Below are positions 1 through 11,177 of a stretch of 64,000 nt of DNA, piece by piece; the first letter of the stretch is position 1; each line of letters opens with the position of its first letter. Origin of the DNA: Monocercomonoides exilis PA203 (taxonomy: Eukaryota > Protista > Preaxostyla); NCBI GenBank assembly GCA_001643675.2, contig LSRY02000002.1, forward strand, positions 248,001-312,000, in the 5' to 3' direction. The position numbers and the translations under genes were made by a program. Under the pieces are notes generated by a model. That model was not told the DNA's origin and did not search any database. It saw nothing but the letters and a program-made list of their open reading frames with translations.

Positions 1-1031
1 TTTTTTTGATGATTTACCAATTCTTTGATTGATTAAATTTCTAAACAATATCCTTTATGTGATGAAAATTATTCCCACGAAAACAAATAAACTATATTTT
101 GAAAATTGACATTACGAAGTTTTTGAATATTTGTTCCGGATCCTTTACTAAATAAAGGATCAAATTGCATTTTTTTCATATGGAGGTGACAAGCGATGGA
201 AATACCTTTATGGAGCATTAAAACAGGCGATGAAAATAAACGTCTATGTAACCATATAGACAAAGGAATTGATCCAATTATCTCTAATGTTACAAGCTGG
301 CGGAGTGAATCGTATTTGCTGAGCAATTATAGCCAGATATATTTCATTGAATGAGGAACATTTATGAAGTTTGTGTAATTATGTCATTGCTTTGTTAGCC
401 TTGGAAAAATTATGACATCATTTCGAAATCTCTAACAAATTGATTTAAAAACCAACTTTTCATACAACTATTCATTATTCTTCACTGATGTTGAATGATT
501 TCTTGGAGCTTAGTCATTTTCTTTTTTTTTTGAACCATATTCGAAAAAAAGCTTTCTTTCTCAACTCTCTCCGTTATAAAGTTATTTAAAAATCCAATAA
601 TTGTTTGAAAATTGACGAAAACATCTGAATTGAGCAAAACAACTGAACACAGCAGATGTATTGCAGCAACGTGGAATGAATTGATACAGAAAGAAATGAG
701 AGGCAACGTGACCCGATGAAAGAAAGACGAAGGATTTGGAATGTGCTATTTTTTCGTCAGAATGAAGCAACAAGTTTCTTGTGAAAAATTTTCTGAAGAA
801 GAAAAGAAAGTTGCGGAATAATCATTGATTCTATTTTTTTCCCTTGAAATCATATATTGTTAAGTTTCTTTTCATTTTTATTTTTAAAAATTATTTAAAA
901 TAAAAGAACTTATTAAAATCCTCAAGTGCATGTTTTTCTATTTTGCGAAATGAATAAAAAATTACAAAAAAGATAGAATAATGGAGATTCTGTTTTCATT
1001 GATTAGAATATGGTTTTACAATCACAAAATA

Positions 1032-2340
1032 CTAATAAATTTCTAATGATAAAATATCATAATATTTTTTGTTCAGGAAATCAAATATTCCTTGTAAGAT
1101 AATGATTAAATTTACGTTCACTTCTTCTTCCAGCTTTTCAAACATCTTCCTTTTTATTGTCTTTCTTTCCTCTTCATCAGCTTCACCACTGTTTTTTCTT
1201 CTAATCTTTTTGAAACGTACAAAAAGAAATGCAAGCAATTCCATATGATTTTATCTTCCAAAGTTTATTGCTTCATTTCATCAAAACCAGCATTAATGTT
1301 TCCTCATCTCAACAGTGCAAACCCTTACACATTTCATATGTGATTCAATTCTTAATGAATTGAAGTATTTATTGTGAATTTCTTTGCAATTATCTCTTTT
1401 TGCTCGAAATGACTGAACAACTCTGCAAACAAGGCAAACATATTCTTCATAACTTTTATTGTGTGATAATTTGTTTTCTTTCATCACAAAGAACCATCTC
1501 TTTATTACTAACATTTCTTTCCCTTCTTTTTCTCCTCTTCTTTCTCCTATTCACTTCCAATCAATATTTTTAATCAGACTTTTAGGCTCCTTTATTGCCT
1601 CTCTGATAAAATGCAATTCTTTCACAATTGCTCATTCCAAAGATCAATCGCTGAGTATTGGGTGAATCAAAAACTCCCAAGAAGATTGATATGCAAGTTG
1701 AATAAGATAATGATGTTCCAGGCGATAATCAATAACTACTTTGATCTTATTCACATGCAGTTCTCTTTTCAATTCCTATGCAAAAAAAGAGGAAAATGCA
1801 ATAAAACAATATCAAAATTGTGAAAAAGGTTCTCAAACCCAATATCCAATATTTCCCAAAGCCAGCAACGCCATTTCCACATCTTTTTTTATTTCCTTGC
1901 TTTCTTTTTTCTTCAAGGCAACCGTTAGAAGGCAGGCACATAAACTGAAAGAGATTCGTTTGAAGCACATTCAACACACATCATCATATAGCATTCGCAA
2001 AGATCAACAGGAAGCTTTTTACACTTTCCATCTTTCTTTTCTCTTTCATCGATAGTTATCTTCTCAAATCTTTCATGCAACGAGGACTCTTCAAAACCAT
2101 TTACCTTTGAATCTTTCAGTGAAGTGCAATATATGATTGTTTCAAAAACAGAGTGAAATTTTCTATTGAAATTATATTTTCTACTTTCATTTTGTGAATT
2201 TTGTAGAATAGTTCTTCTGCAACAACGGATTTTTTTTCATCTTTGCCCATTTCTTCAATTTTCTTTTTTTGCTTAATCTTGTATCAATGTTTCAAACCAG
2301 TTAATATCTTCTTCGAAATAAAAATTGAAAAAAAATTCAT
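1032..2340 (-). pseudogene. Decayed copy of a lineage-specific helical, E/K-rich protein family (paralog at ~55990-57290)
   Basis: Minus-strand fragments across frames read SSLHERFEKITIDEREKKDGKCKKLPVDLCEC ... KKDVEMALLALGNIGYW ... LAYQSSWEFL ... ELHFIREAIKE..IDWK ... KRKMFEKLEEE, with many stops and frameshifts. The same motif order recurs at 56-57 kb. Confidence 0.75.
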
Positions 2341-2732
2341 TATTCAAGAATTCGAGTGTAATAATAAATGCATACCACTGTATCTTTTTTACGCTTGAAT
2401 CGTATGCATTTTTTGGAGGTTTCATTGAGAAAACAACATGATTGAATCATACTAACTGAATTCGCATAAGCTTTGATAAAATGAATGAAAGTTAAATAGA
2501 ATCCTGATTTGCACATGAAAGCATAAGTTTTCACACAATATTCAAAAGCACGAAGTTGATGAACAACACATAAAGAAGAAAAATATGTTTTGTTTATCCA
2601 TTTATATTATTATGGAACATTTGATCAAATGAAAAAAAATTTTCAAAAAAATTTCAACAAGAAAAAAAAATATTAGAGCTGAAGGAATTTTATTACAAAA
2701 AATTCAAAAAATATAAATTTGTTTCTTATTTT

Positions 2733-2734
<2 letters not shown>

Positions 2735-2766
<32 letters not shown>

Positions 2767-2786
2767 TTGTTGTTGTTGTTGTTGTT
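2735..2786. repeat. T31 homopolymer followed by (GTT)7
   Basis: Directly visible. Confidence 0.95.
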
Positions 2787-3440
2787 AAATGACCAACTGC
2801 TTTTGCATTATTATAGATTGGGTTTAGTAAAAAAAATTAGGAATTTCCTCGAAAACGAAGTAATTTGTTACCAAACAATAAGATTGAAAATGATTTTTCA
2901 ACTTTCAAAATGGCTTTATGTGTGATTATTTTGGAAATCAAATTTTTTGAACAAAAAATTCGATTTGATAATTTTGTTTTGAAGTTAAGTTTATGAACAC
3001 AGAAAAGTGACAAATCCTATAAATACCAACTTTGTTTTTTTATTTACATCAAAAATTGGCTTTTAATACATTTGAAATGATTTTTTCATTTCAATGATCA
3101 ATTGATCCTCTTTGACAATGAATTTCCAAAATAATCAACACCCCGAAAAAAGGTTTTGATTTCAAAAATTATCACATATATCGAATATGGGTGATTTCAA
3201 TTTATATCATATGCTTTATTCGGTACGTTGATAAAAAAAAGGGATAATTACATTTGTAAAATGATTGCAATTGAAATGTTTAATGCTTTTCAATAATTAT
3301 CATTGCTCATGAAAGAGATGAGAGAAATATAAATAATTTTTTTATTGTTGTTAAAACTCTTTATTAACAGTTTTCAGATATTCAAAATTATATGTCAAAC
3401 GGAAATAATTGAAGAAAAAAACAAATTTTCAAAATAATCA

Positions 3441-3720
3441 CCATTATGGGGGGAAATACTGACTTTCAAGCTATTTTTGTACATATTATTTAATTTTTGA
3501 ACCACTAATAACTGTATTAACTTACTCTAATTTCTTTTGAAATTTGGTTATCATATCAGAAAACTGTTATCGTTGAGATCAAAACACAAAGTATTCCAAC
3601 GTTTCACAAATATCAAAAAATGGACTCATTTTAATGTGTTTTTTGATCTTAAAAAGTCAACACGTGCAAAAATTTTACAATGAAAATGCCTGAAGCAAAA
3701 TATTAATTTGCCCATATTTT
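3441..3720 (+). repeat. ~280-bp dispersed repeat, copy 1 (probable old non-autonomous TIR element)
   Basis: Collinear with 57598-57875: atggggggaaatactgactttcaag vs atgggggaaaatacgaactttcaaa; tgtgttttttgatcttaaaaag vs tgtgttttttgatctcaaaaag; gaaaatgcctgaagcaaaatatt vs gaaaatacctgaagtcaaatatt. Confidence 0.75.
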
Positions 3721-3815
3721 CAATAAATATAGGAGAATTGTCATGTTGTTTTTTTGTTTATTCAGTAAAAATTTCACTAAAACTGTTAAATTTCGGTTTC
3801 ATTTTATAAAGTTAA

Positions 3816-5313
3816 GGTAAGTGCACAATATACGACCGTTAACAATTTTCTGTGTGGATGATTATAAGAATATTATTAACTGTTTTATATGGTTTGCTTG
3901 AATTTCTTTTGTGAGGAAACTTTTTTATTGGACCCATGAGATTTATAAAAATTTTACTCAAAATATGGGATCGATCAAAATTTTCGATCAAAATATTAAT
4001 TATATCAATTTTTTCTGAATGCAAATTGAGGATCGCAAATTCAAAATCAGCTTCTTCAACGAATTATTTCATAACGCAAATGATACATGAGAATGGTTCA
4101 GAAATGAAGTGTTGAATCAAAGATACAAAGAATGCAGAAATTGTCATAAAGAAATGGTACTCTATGAACGAAATCCAAATTCCAGGCAATGGAGATGCTT
4201 CAGATGCAACAAAACAATAAGCCTGCTGTCAAATCTATCAATAGAAAATCAAAAAATAGGAATTGGAAAATTAATACATATTTTCCTTTTCAAATGGATG
4301 AAGCTTTCAATCATGCATACTTCTTCACTTCTTGGTGTGCACAGAAACACAGTTGGTTTTTACTATTCCCTTGCAACAGCAGCAATGGCACAGAGCGCAG
4401 CATCATCTTTTCAGCCAATTGGAGGTGAAAATACAATTGTGGAAATTGACGAAGCAATTTTGAACAGAAGCAAATATCATAAAGGCAGATGGAAGAAGCA
4501 GATCTGGCTTTTTGGAGCTGTTCAAAGAACTCAGGATGGGAAACAAGGAAGCTTTTTTGTAATCAGAGTCACTAATAGGAAAAAAGACACATTGCTGCCA
4601 ATCATTCAAGCGAATATCTTACCAGGAACTATGATTCACAGTGATGAATGGAGAGCGTACTCATCTCTCTCCGGTCTCGGTTACGGCCACAAAACAGTCT
4701 GCCATAAATATCATTTCAAAGACTTAGAAAGCGAAATATGTACCAACATGATTGAGGGATTTTGGAGTCAATTTCGAAAAGATTTGCCTCGCACAGGGCT
4801 GAAGGAGAAATTCATTGATGATAATATTTCTTCCTTTGTGTTTCAAAAAAGAAAACAATTAACATTTGTTGAAACAGTAAGAGAAATTTGTCAAAATAAA
4901 GTGGATGAATATATTGAAGAAGAAAAGGAAGACCACGAAGAAGATGATGACGAAGAAGATGTGCCAGTTTTAGCTGAACAAAACGAAGAAATTTCTGAGG
5001 ATTCGATGGAAGTTAGCGATGGAGCGGAGCATTCTGAATACGAACCCGAATAAAAAACAGTTGCATTGCTAAATTCATATTTGTTTAGAAATATTTGTTA
5101 GCATATCAATGACAAATTGCAAAAATTTTTGAAAAATTGATTGAAATTTTTAAAAATTTTTTGATCAAAAAAATTATAACACAAAAAATATAATATTTTT
5201 TTTTTCGAGTTTCCGCAAATAGTTGAAAGATAAAAACATATGTGCACGACATGTTATCATCATAGCTTCAACATATGTTAATTTTATTCACGGTCGTATA
5301 TTGTGCATTAACC
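3816..5313 (+). mobile_element. Merlin (IS1595/ISXO2-like) DNA transposon, full length, 1498 bp
   Basis: 24-bp TIRs: ggtaagtgcacaatatacgaccgt (3816-3839) and acggtcgtatattgtgcattaacc (5290-5313), 22/24 match. Near-perfect 8-bp TSD aaagttaa (3808-3815) / caagttaa (5314-5321). Encodes a DDE transposase. Confidence 0.92.
4019..5053 (+). pseudogene. ISXO2/Merlin DDE transposase with one in-frame TGA at codon 24
   Basis: CxxC..WRCxxC Zn ribbon, HTH-like region, IGGENTIVEIDE, QIWLFG, IHSDEWRAY, TNMIEGFWS, acidic tail. The ATG at 4019 is in frame with ORF 4109-5053 but interrupted by TGA at 4088-4090. Confidence 0.85.
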
Positions 5314-5323
5314 CAAGTTAATA

Positions 5324-5719
5324 CAGATATCGCATAAAATACCGGACATCGCTCAAAATACCGGACAAGATCCATTTCACAATAACTGCATAAGTAATAA
5401 TTCTGTTAATTTTCCTCAAAATATATCTTATCAATACAAACTCATTTGATACACAAATCTTTCAAAGCAGCTTCAATTGTGCTCAGAAAAGATGATATTT
5501 GAATTTTCGGAGAAATTAGATTTTGAGTTTCTCCGAGATTTTAAAAATAATAAATTTTGAAAACAAAAGGGGCTATTAAAAAAGTTTTGTAAATCAATGG
5601 AGTTTGAATTGACAAGTTGTGTTTTGAGGAAAATTGTCAGAATTATTCCACTAGCAGTTATTGAGAAATCGTTCTTGTCCGGTATTTTGTGCGATGTCCG
5701 GTATTTTTTGCGATATCTG
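5324..5719. mobile_element. 396-bp foldback MITE with TA target-site duplication (Tc1/mariner-like CAG...CTG ends)
   Basis: TA|cagatatcgcataaaataccggacatcgctcaaaataccggacaaga ... tcttgtccggtattttgtgcgatgtccggtattttttgcgatatctg|TA. Inverted similarity continues to a centre near 5521. Confidence 0.88.
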
Positions 5720-5796
5720 TATTTTCCTTTAAATGGCAACCATAACAATTATTAACAACTCCAACATAACTTAAAGTTCCAAACCGATTATTCCTC

Positions 5797-5797
<1 letters not shown>

Positions 5798-5841
<44 letters not shown>
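5798..5841. repeat. A44 homopolymer
   Basis: Directly visible. Confidence 0.95.
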
Positions 5842-5843
<2 letters not shown>

Positions 5844-6232
5844 ATAAAAGCTATGAAAAAATTTGACACCTCATCCCTCATAAACAAAGAATAGAAAAAA
5901 GTTTATTTTCGCATTTTTTTCTTTGTGAACGAAATCGAAATGGATCAAAATTATTGCTTTTTTAAAAAAATTCGCTTCTTGTTCCTTTTTTTCCTTCTTT
6001 CTTATTATAAAAAGTCTTTCATTTTGATTTAAAAAAATATTGAAAAACTAATGAATAACGAATAAGATTCAAAAATGTTGTGCAGTGTAAAATTTTGAAA
6101 TCAAAAAATCTCGTTCCAAATAGTTAAAAAAACAATTTTATTTAAATTTCTTTGCAAGATTAATGTTATTGATAAATGTGAAAGAAAAACGAAAAAATGT
6201 TATGCGCTGACTTTCAAATATTATGATTCAAG

Positions 6233-8937
6233 TTATTGAGATAAAAATCGATTTTTGGCTATAACTGTGAAAATTTTGTCAAAAATCTTTGGAGAATCGT
6301 TATTTTTCTGGTAAATGTGCAGAACATTGCAAACACATTCCATTTTCGCGTTCCTAACTTTTCCCCATAATAATTCCTTGTTTTTTTTCATACTTTCCAT
6401 CTTCACTGAAGCGTTAGAATAAAATATAAAAGACAGAATTATTGGAGTAGATGCCTTTATTAATGAAAAGTAATTATTTTGTTGTTGCATAAAGTAACCA
6501 GGATCCAATCCTTTCCGCTTTAATCTCTTCAACTTTCTTTTCATGCACAAGATATCGTAATAACGTGAGTTAAGTTCTAATACATCAATGATCACATTTT
6601 CAATTGAATGCAAGTCAAAATCATCAGATAATTTAACGTCAATCACCTGAGTTGGTGCTTTATCTTCATTTAAATAATCATCACACTCACAAAATGGATT
6701 TGAGATATTTTGAAAATTACCAGAATCTGCAAGAACACTTCCATGCCTAAATTGCAAGTTGCCCTTTAATTGTTGAAATTCAATTTCTTTGGAAACATGA
6801 GAAGTGCTAATATCAGTTAAAAACCTGGTATTTGTCTTTAAAAACATTTCATCGTAACAACATTTAGAGTTTGCCAAAAAATTAGTTGCTGAAAACGACT
6901 GTGATGCAGTACAAGCCAATGGTGATGAAGATGTGGAAAAAAGATCTTGCTCAAATGATTGTAATTCTTCCACATTAAAAACAGAAATCGGGTTTGAAAA
7001 ATTTGAATGAGAAGGATGTTCTTTATAGCATGAAGCCGTCATCCTTTTTGGATTTTGAAGGAAATTTTCAAATTGACTCTTTGAAGCATGCGCAGCATAA
7101 ACATTGTCATTTGAATTCCATGAGGAATCAACTACCAAAGGCACATCTGTGACCATTGGAGTAACAAAATTTGAATGCCTTTGTTCACTTTCAGCTGAAC
7201 TCACATTGAAACAATCTGGTTCAGGTCCACTTTGAGATTTATTTTGTAACTTAGCCTCACTTTTTCTGAATCTCTCAAGTTCTGACATTTGCTGGATTTC
7301 TGAGTGTTTCTGCACTTTTCTTTCCATCTTTCTGATTTTCCTTTGCAGAATTAGAACTTCCTTCTCATCTAATTCGTCAGCTTGTCTCACTTTTAGTCTT
7401 TCCTTCAGCTCCTCCAAAGTTTCTTTTGAATGGTTTCCGTCATATGAATCTATTCCAAACTTATCTTCCTTTAGCATCAATTTTTTCTCTGCTTCTTCCC
7501 ACATTTCGCTTTCCTCCTTATTAACAATCCATTCCTTTCTAACCCACACTCCAAAGATTTTGAAAAAGTGTTTTGCATCGCGTATTTGTGCTTTCACAAT
7601 TTCCTTTCTTTTCTCGGTCATTTTCTGCTGAAGCTGAATATCTTCTGCGACTTCAAATGTTTGCTTATAATTATCATTCGCAACTTCCGCAGGCATATCG
7701 ACTCCCTCTTTGCTTCCTCTACAAATTGACCTACTTTCTTCGCTGGCTTGCTTCATTGCCTGGGCAACGCCCCCATCAGAAGCTTCAACAGCCATGCATC
7801 TGTCTGTCTGTGCCCAATCAGTAAGCATTGCTTCTCGAGCAGCTATTACAATTCCGCTCTTTTTCCACCCATCCACTTCAAATTCCATGTCTTTCTTGTA
7901 GGCTCGTATGTTAGTCATCCTCGGCTTCCAACGAGAAATCGAATCAATCAGAACATCCTTGTCTGACACAGATGAAGAATGTTCAGAAGATGTTTCAGAA
8001 GCAATTTCTGTATCGGTAATAGTTTGTTCAGTTTTATGCTCCATATTTGTTGCAGAGCCGATTTTGGCAAACTTTTGTTCAGTGTTGACTGATTGTTGCA
8101 GAACTGACTTATCACATGTGCATTCTTGATGTTTTTGCTTTTCAAGTAATTCAGCTTCGAAAACTTTCATGAGGTCAAGTATTGTTGGTGGATCATAACT
8201 TTTGGATACTCTTGTAACATTTTCCGTTGTTTTCATTTCAAATCCTTTTTCAGAAAAATAATTGTTTTTATTGAGTCCTGAAGGCTTTAATACCACTGGA
8301 TTAACATCACGTTGTAGCGATTCACTTTTGGGCAAAAACTTATTTTGCAGTGTTGGTGGAAGTGGAGGAGATTTGCACATTGCTTCTGATGCATATGGAG
8401 TATGTTGCCAATCACAAATTGAGAAATATTTGTGAGGGTTTTGATATCTTGAAAATTGTATCTGTGAATTAGAACGAACAATCTGAGAATTTAAGTTCTC
8501 GCCTGATTTTGATTCTTTTGCTGTTGATGATGACGTTCCTGTTTCTTTCAAAAAGCTTGGGTTTGAACTTTTTTCGAAAATGCTAAAAGGTGAAGAAGAA
8601 GCACAAGAAAATGAAAATTCTTTATGCTTGCCTGATGATGATTGATGAGAAGAAAAACTTTGTAATAAGTTCGGCTTTTGATAAATATTCTGAAGAAAAA
8701 TCACCGGATTGTTAGATGTTTCTGAATCTGAAGAGCTTGAAGCAATTTCATCTATTTGCTTTTCGTTTTTTGTAGAATGATTTAAATAACAATTGTTTCT
8801 TGTAATTAATCTGCCAGACTAGTAAATATTTAATATTTGTAATCCATGAAGTTAAAATCATTTGAAGTCCTAAATAAAAAATAAAAGAAGTAAACTTTAT
8901 TTTTTAAGCAAGATTGAAACACAAGTGCTTTGCTCAT
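6233..8937 (-). CDS. Hypothetical protein (~875 aa), Ser-rich with a central coiled coil
   Basis: 823-aa ORF stays open upstream to an AG at 8819. A plausible first exon MSKALVFQSCLKNK (8937-8896) joins via a phase-0 GT-AG intron 8895-8819. No recognised domain. Confidence 0.65.
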
Positions 8938-9262
8938 AATCACAAAGACAAAATATTAATCATGTTCAAAATTTCGAATAATTAATGGGTATTAGTCTGA
9001 TGTTTAAAAAGCATTGCTTCACCGACTGTCGATAAAATTCCACTCATATGCAGAAATATCTCTTCCCATTCTTTTATATCAAATTTGGTAAAAATTTTGA
9101 AATTGATTTGACAATTTTTAAGTTATTGCAACTGAACGATATAAATCTAAAGAAATGCTCACTTCAAATTTGTCCCGCGGAGATTATTTATGTGTGGATT
9201 AAAATTGTTATTAGAGATTTATTTATAATTTTTATTAATTATTAAATGTTCAATGTGATCAG

Positions 9263-11073
9263 CTTCAACGACAAGCTTTTCACAAACGCTCAAAGATGGT
9301 CCAAGTTTTCTAAATTATACACCGTCTGCGACAACGAGAACTTCGCGATACAATCATTCTGAGAATTCTTTTTCTTCAGATCAAATATTTAGAATTACTC
9401 GAAAATTAAAAGAAGTCGAAAGAAATAATTTTAATATATCGAGAGAAAATAATCACTTAAAGCAAGCAATTGAAGAATTGAATCGTAAATTACGATCACT
9501 TGTTGATTTTCTTGCACAGTTTTTTGGAGAAGATTCATCATTTCTTAATGATTCACTCAGCGAAAGCTTTGATGCCAAAAGAATATCTTTGGAAAAGCCA
9601 TCTATTACATTAGAAGAAATCAACAAGATCTTGAAAAATGTTGGAAAATTTCAAACTTCAAATAATTCGATTTTATCAGAAAAGAATTCAAATAGTAAAT
9701 TATCAAAAATAAATCAAACTTCATCTTTGCAAACGCAAACAATTTCAAGCAATAAAACTCTTGAAATTTCATTTCATCCCGAGTCGTTTGACGAGTCTCT
9801 ATCAGATGGATCTACCACTTCTAGTGATTCAACCAATTCTTCTTCAATCTCCACATCTCAGTCTCCGCCAAGAACATCTTCTCACTCGCGAATGCACAAA
9901 ACACACAAAAGTCGTACGCATTTTAGAACACCAAAACGGGACAGCAGCAATCGTTCTACAGCAAAATCAAGCCAACGAAGGCATTCTGTTGGAGTCACAC
10001 CTCTTAATTTGTCATCAGCCAGAAGGCCTTCCTCACCCTCAACATTGTCAGCTCGCAGAAGCTTCGGAGACACTCAACAAAATTCTCAAAGAAACAAATC
10101 ATTTTTGCAAAGCGATGGCCCGAAGGAACGTTCAATTCGCTTTTCAGAAACTTTCAATGGCTCATCCAGAAACATCCAGCAAGCGCAGAATTATGCCTCT
10201 TCTCCTTCTTCTTCTTCATCAATTTCACTTTCTGATCACCTTTTAGTGTCGAGCCATCGAAGTCCGCAGGCAAAAGAATCGCCTTTTACTCGCGCTTCAC
10301 CCGTAATTCATTCACCACACACATTTTTGATGCCTCAGATGAACTCGCCAAAACAAGATGCCACAATTCAGAGAAAAGTGTCTATTCGTTCTCCTTCTTT
10401 GGCTGCAGCTGCTCTTCAAAAGGATCCCGTTCAGTCATCTTCGCAATCAGGAACAGCATTTCCATCACCCTCCTCTTTTGCCTCGTCACCTCACTTTCCC
10501 AGTCCATCCACAAAGTCTGCCTCTGAGTCATCTTTGTTTGCATTTAGCACGTCAAACAGCTTTCTCCCACAAAATGAAGGTGCCAAATCAACTCCATTCA
10601 CTTCATTCACTTCAACTCCAACTGCACCAAGTGCATCTTTTCAGTCAAATAGAACTCAAATGCCTTCTTCAACTGTCTCATTTGCAAACACTGCTTCAAC
10701 TCCATCTGTTAACATGCAGCCATCCACTCCATCCATTTCCCTTGTTTCTTCTCAATTCGCTGCAAGAATCAACGAATTTTCTACATTTGCAAAGAATTAC
10801 ATGCAACTTCAAAAACCTACAAATCAAACTGCCAAGCATTCTCTCTCACCTCTTGAAACTCCTGCTCCAAAGCAACAAATTTTCAATCAATCAGCATCGC
10901 TATCTTCTTACCCATTTTCTTCATCAAAACCCTTTAATGAAAGCAATGAAGCAAAGAGTGATAATATCATTACTGATTTAACAGAGAACGATGGCTTGGC
11001 GGCACAGTCTTTCGAAATGAAAACTTGTAAAGAAAAATTCGAAGAAAAAGATGAAGTTGAACTTGGAGATTAG
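9263..11073 (+). CDS. Hypothetical Ser/Pro/Thr-rich low-complexity protein with N-terminal coiled coil (5' exons not resolved)
   Basis: 531-aa ORF; the frame stays open upstream to a CAG acceptor at 9260-9262. Confidence 0.65.
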
Positions 11074-11177
11074 TAAGTAATTTTGAACTTTTTTATTTTT
11101 ATTTTTTCGTTTCATCAAACCCAAAATAAATCTTATATTTATTCGATCATAATAATTTTTCCGTTTTTCCTTTCTTA

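Noticed and set aside
69-1000. Short ORFs at the window start
   Set aside because: No motif or coherent exon structure could be supported
5324-5370. Repeated aaaataccggaca units as a CRISPR-like array
   Set aside because: Only two units per arm, no spacers, eukaryotic context; they are subterminal repeats of the MITE
2735-5841. Poly-T and poly-A tracts as inverted ends of one large element or as retroposon tails
   Set aside because: Adjacent sequences show no inverted similarity, TSD or retroelement body
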